64,000 bases of DNA from Rhizaria sp. SCN 62-66. Lineage: Eukaryota. Position 1 is the stretch's first letter; each line of letters starts with the position of its first letter. The DNA lies in the NCBI GenBank assembly GCA_001724265.1, contig MEDY01000073.1, positions 62,001 through 126,000 of the forward strand, written 5' to 3'. A program made the translations under genes and the position numbers. Under the pieces are notes generated by a model. The model was not told the origin of the DNA. It did no database searches and saw only the letters and a list, made by a program, of their open reading frames with translations. Of this stretch, positions 62,401-64,000 are shown piece after piece.

Positions 62401-64000
62401 CGATTGGCAGCGCCATGTCATCCGTGGTCGTCGCCACGCCGCCCGCGCTGGACCCGGCCGCGGCGCCGGAACGCGAACGGATCTCGGGCCGCGCAGAGTT
62501 GGAGCGCCCGACGACGGGGCCCGCGACGGGCACGCGGCCCATCGCAGCGTCATTCTGCGCCGCGGCGGCGGCCGCCTGCGAGCAGGCCGCGGAGGACGCC
62601 GCGAGTGTGTTGGCAGCGATGATCGAGGCGCACGCGAAGCGGTTGCCCACGAGCGGGTCGGCAACGGAGGACAGCGCGAGGGAAGCAAAGACGTCGAGGT
62701 CCACTGCTGTGTCGGCCACGGGGCACACACCACCCACGTCGGCCTCAGTGTCGTCCGTCTGACGCGGGCCCTTATCCGCGCCGGCACCCGTCGTCGCAGA
62801 GGCACTGGGGCCCACGGGCGGGCGCGGTACGTTGGCACCAGTCAGCGTCGCCGCGGGGCGGCCCAGAGTCCCAGGCCCGTCGCGCGCAACGAATGGGCAC
62901 TTGCCGGCAGGCATCGCGTTCCGGCCACCAGCAGCGGCAGTCGCGGCGCCGATGCCCGCGGCAGACGCGGCGGCGGCGACAGCAGCGGCGTTGGCGGCGG
63001 CGTTGACGCCATTGGCAGTCGCGCCGCCCTTGACCAGCGCCGTGTTGATGCCCGCAAGTGCGCTGTCGGCGCCATTCTGCGCGGTGACGTGGCCGGGCAG
63101 CGTGACGGGCGAGTGGCGCAGCGCGGTGGCTGCGCCCTCGCGCATGCACGCGCAGACATAGACGAGCGCCTGCAGCCAAGCATCGGCCACACGCGGACCC
63201 ACGTGTTCGCGGCTATGGTTGATCGAGTCTCCGGGATGCGACGACGTCAGCGACGAGTGCGAATGCTGGGGCGAGTGGGGCGCGCCAACGACAGTCGCGT
63301 CGCACGCCAACTGCTCGGAGCCCATGCGTGACAGCGGCGGCGTCGGGTTCACAGTGCCACTGGTGAAGCGGCCGACGCTGACGTTGCCCTGCACAGCCAC
63401 AGATGCGGACGGCATCTGCGCAGCACAGATCACCGCAGCAGAGGCTGCCGCCGCAGCAGCAGACTCACGCAGAGTGGCGTCGCCACCGGACATCGCAATC
63501 TTCTGCATAAATGGGCCAAACGGGAGCATGTAGGCCGTGCGACGGCTGTTGATGTCAGCAACGGAGGGATCAATCCAGTCATCACCCATTGCGAACTGCA
63601 GCAAGCACAACATGACAAATGCGAGGCCGGCAAACGTGTCCGACTGTACGCGGTAATACACAGCGTGGCGACCACCGCACTGCTCCAGCGCCGACACGCG
63701 GCGGCGGTCCAGCACGGAGAGCGCGTCATCGCCGGGCGCCGTGTGTGCGAGCGCGGCAAGGTAGTCCTGGGACTGACGCGCGAGATGCGCCTGGCGCGTG
63801 TGCGCGGCAAGCGGCAGCGAGAAGGTCTGCGCGACGAGCACTGCCGCGGCCTCGCAGTGCTGCACCTGGTCCACGTTCTGCATCAGCAGACGCGACTCAG
63901 GGTGGATGGCGTAGAAGGAGCGGAAGATGATCTCGCTGCGGGTCAGCGCGCGCAATGCACGGCTCCAAGTCGCGCGCAGCTGCACGACGACGTCGTCGTT
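53465..64000 (-). CDS. Giant multi-globin protein with degenerate C-terminal FNR/cytochrome b5 reductase-like module, >3500 aa, 5'-truncated
   Basis: Open frame to the window edge. Clear globin at about 59120-59510 (AFYTQMFRLSPEVAGLF..LREIGKRHVAY..W..A..W..), further globin-like units at about 63135-63990, 60160-61165, 58150-59075 and 56030-57600. C-terminus FVFVAGPADVVGYVRHALRALGVPDARI resembles an NAD-binding domain end. Confidence 0.8.
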   Translation of the reverse strand, partial: NDDVVVQLRATWSRALRALTRSEIIFRSFYAIHPESRLLMQNVDQVQHCEAAAVLVAQTFSLPLAAHTRQAHLARQSQDYLAALAHTAPGDDALSVLDRRRVSALEQCGGRHAVYYRVQSDTFAGLAFVMLCLLQFAMGDDWIDPSVADINSRRTAYMLPFGPFMQKIAMSGGDATLRESAAAAAASAAVICAAQMPSASVAVQGNVSVGRFTSGTVNPTPPLSRMGSEQLACDATVVGAPHSPQHSHSSLTSSHPGDSINHSREHVGPRVADAWLQALVYVCACMREGAATALRHSPVTLPGHVTAQNGADSALAGINTALVKGGATANGVNAAANAAAVAAAASAAGIGAATAAAGGRNAMPAGKCPFVARDGPGTLGRPAATLTGANVPRPPVGPSASATTGAGADKGPRQTDDTEADVGGVCPVADTAVDLDVFASLALSSVADPLVGNRFACASIIAANTLAASSAACSQAAAAAAQNDAAMGRVPVAGPVVGRSNSARPEIRSRSGAAAGSSAGGVATTTDDMALPIGGARIGFGTVDIGTGSAFHRQDSNSSFTSASSHANSISRLSSSPPAGGAASFATMLKSAHSRSSHATTPASALACDMSARVPTNALPPHIMAAVVVLGSHAANAAAAAATAAAGGNATAVESLAGEATPNVPDETATPAAATPLAQQRSRLLTALHSGTGTVSANLAHLDAALLGGKLGAAPSAASASSSSLSSRVRQLAKARAALLGTAPVAAIAATIAASAPLLAPAGLGGAGPALTTVHATLASGSVVARALSPERRVAPVEADDAPPAASASAANVSATPLSPGLGTKKLGRDAAPSAPAAAAAAAASEGVAMGSGGCPFKRLASATSPLAPLAPGVTATNWVGLDEDVQSGWSHALRSEYLDQIWRDWSSTVVLEDSDESDEEDDRSGTHSRSAVARLGLAQSAKHDLKHSAAWSVLPTAVIAKAAKDFPAILAFAKHLSTVTAQQAAARSDQGPPGSGANAEVQRATAGNNRGNNTNNNADSESRKTLQSTVNHMLLRRLFLLDKRTLALFAGRRLDSHTQVIVNAVEFVVREMMDITQRNVDDLIASEFCARPEGFAAAVNNSGASGSKSRKDRGPDVVTHGRRTGTTRNLADERTGSSDKGRGRGAATSGKLGDESKDGRENSKGRSKSAAAPVTPATPAAPEAAPAASSAQSGRPSLASIATPGSSAAPHASPDDGLPAQIATVMGVKLRTPLHESMATLYARLGLEEYLAKLGVSHLRYAVRLSFFQSFEAALVGSVKQLYATRAKQRRRAEERAKQAALAEAAANALNGIDNLDELADAPATGAAAADNKDGKGKDGKDAAAQQGKDAAQQGKDGQQPGAPGQPGAPGAAHHLLGSVGSGPGGIGGPLPASELQEGPQAYCYNGDWTLRFHRSRRQAKLFEHMRGVHQGHGPSASFDDVEDTPPSAMAPRLAAFHRAYASRLIAAASLMPNQSLADADGTHDASHMDRPFQRRMELAKDVWQRISRKAKITSKAFYTQMFRLSPEVAGLFRHSDMEAVQASFMATVGDVIERLPTDPAGLVRHLREIGKRHVAYNAPPESFELHSVLFLETVSKAYEGWHPDHANAMQWVFDFIIVCMIEGMQEQDHSVTRQRARDALVNQVTQSWHSLEAQLPKHVRKIIENAELRCNAVRPAFEKAAETAVRAGKVLQIEAAEKATAEATAAAAAAANAYAHEQALREKHQQDLALPGSPGIVDAAMTASMAAAHAKTISTQHLATKTAVAASAAQKLAAVTQADKDRTLAMLVRDSQTVIGRLWGFVAHSAAQIASAGLTRHSVPPVPAAQRAKDDAAAAAAAMAVGGRPTEPAAGRKWSWLNAPSVMDVTPVEIDGLNADIVHATLITLYRGLMADYALTLADLFHLADAFLDTIAQTLETLGEQGLLMASNRALWAWVWVVQRAVNVIAAHISAEDEAIRMASSCTTLRRAMRNTFPAILPAPALTYLHIPTMMPLSVSNQRALARDLLASQLVPFVHHTSLTQLHLRAPVEGPAVMMLSLAAGGCITAGAVAGGEGESDLEVASLGVLFNMLLKAAAAAPGKASAKTEAADEAKTGDAEAKVQGAEDAAAPAADGTAAQNAPVTTAADSTVMPMIPAQFPKGTLTQLLFTMMVVTCFPKDVGISDNGTLASVPAAARNAEARAARAAKAAAEAANAAAALAGPALRGGMKDRGDRRDRDGKKSRRDRDRRGKDRSRHSRRRYDDDSSDSESSEDDYDDRRARRGGDRDRDRRSDRRGGRDDRSRDRDRDRERSSKSEREREREKERAEEAAAAARNQRPGGRRPGESALKSLPPLAAPVISHVNDSRGTTPGGSLMSPSTAEVEDDGEDKPEEEEEEEDVVKPGTASGDHPMAAPAVTSFFTNLPLVPSSLCEMSPEIMTNRRAGLQKLGPMHVHTQLELLWEAVLYTVMMGDTSNAHQARARVQAIAERLAGYQFDPELLVMEPTHRAPRELFIDGRSFAGAEVSAVAAAAVLDGLKAARVMLEEEEEAAMAAAAAVFDERAEDEAAEPSSPSANAPQRNGSSPAAPDGWSEARSRRILDANVERAAEASVEHQDLLKQRRRRVISATRDESFGTWLLSCMSASLSAVLGTAWTRKDADALFWLCSYHVFPWIRKAIKEVDPEWLFARESWSWFMRYVTYHMTSFSRLSHVHGQRLSLFLDRFPQPSHAQTATASAERRAALTNVASIHANSAASSLFFSPLRSATLPAGSLVFCTARCIDQTAESDEYVLVRLEIPRSCLNTALRTKAPSPNGSSQPMDLATLIRLFSPPQVSLALPGSSSPLRSQVTSVTASGHHLATAFAAPGSEVAPQQTLLSAFALTQLSLRPALSMSSPAAATLPGASPRGSRSSAATAAAAAAAMGPPPVVQAHAGAIMRGAGGAAPLRQQMTALLVFSPPAVNRAAVKLSKRVSILGDGAVNIISQNGELRADMEHPTPAGSDDEDGSDDDSVRDAPTRTPGARKSFVDDDGEAGEGGKSGVRPPSPPMRRSGSPFPAGGARNSKGDGAAGGSTTASTSSASNSGTTGSAGETAAVKFEKVMQPRASGKFERLASSAGINASFRAGPASAATGVTSPVVAAAQMQRAARQTRFMSANAPLTFVAAIPAAAWLGTHFAFAGGAMRSNTPLPLPLTVGCAVGVEHDLLGEAYSPVLPSALSTSAAAAAARASAAPLLLRQLPPLLALPARLLTITCGTTAALGVASFLSSLNLAREKHPLPGLGRGAGSGTSAHGVALHACAVACLHMDYMLPLSFGSHLKDMEVLRPAALPGSVARNNAYTPLMPPASVAVSLMPLLNATGTATVMPVALSNGRQMTPPAPDAEVAPLQLPAVAAMALQDAAEAGVTADIPASALSDAEAALALVTHRELLRGHMAQPRALAGLPTAAALLSALPTLAPDSNPLSFIGVTPANARAGGAELPREPAGSQLHAVWDGQFVFVAGPADVVGYVRHALRALGVPDARIAERIDPIA

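Noticed and set aside
1-64000. Hundreds of long overlapping and antisense ORFs (e.g. 24441-26873 -, 49454-51991 +, 21450-23021 +)
   Set aside because: Expected shadows of very GC-rich coding sequence; they are Arg/Ala/Pro-rich and carry no recognisable motifs.

Overview
Eukaryotic (protist-like) nuclear DNA: about 15 GC-rich protein-coding genes separated by AT-rich spacers, with short GT-AG introns (107-211 nt, mostly GTACG donors). The genes are a 5'-truncated unknown, NUDT19-like Nudix hydrolase, giant ankyrin/polyQ protein, At5g58100/KNS3-like membrane protein, Pus3/Deg1 pseudouridine synthase, DHHC palmitoyltransferase, family-A DNA polymerase (Pol nu/theta-like), coiled-coil protein, a lower-GC block (ARM-like, bacterial/phage-like and Sel1-repeat genes), PXA-PX sorting nexin, Rad6/Ubc2, an acidic FGDF-motif adaptor-binding protein and a >3500-aa multi-globin protein. 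Main result: the window appears to use a non-standard nuclear genetic code. Twelve in-frame TAG codons interrupt six otherwise continuous genes, including the polymerase and the DHHC enzyme, while all 15 apparent gene ends are TAA or TGA. TAG looks reassigned to an amino acid (Gln favoured by context, Leu not excluded) with TAA retained as stop. Second result: a giant protein with about five tandem globin-like domains and a degenerate C-terminal FNR/cytochrome-b5-reductase-like module. All family assignments come from motif recognition by eye; no database search was run.
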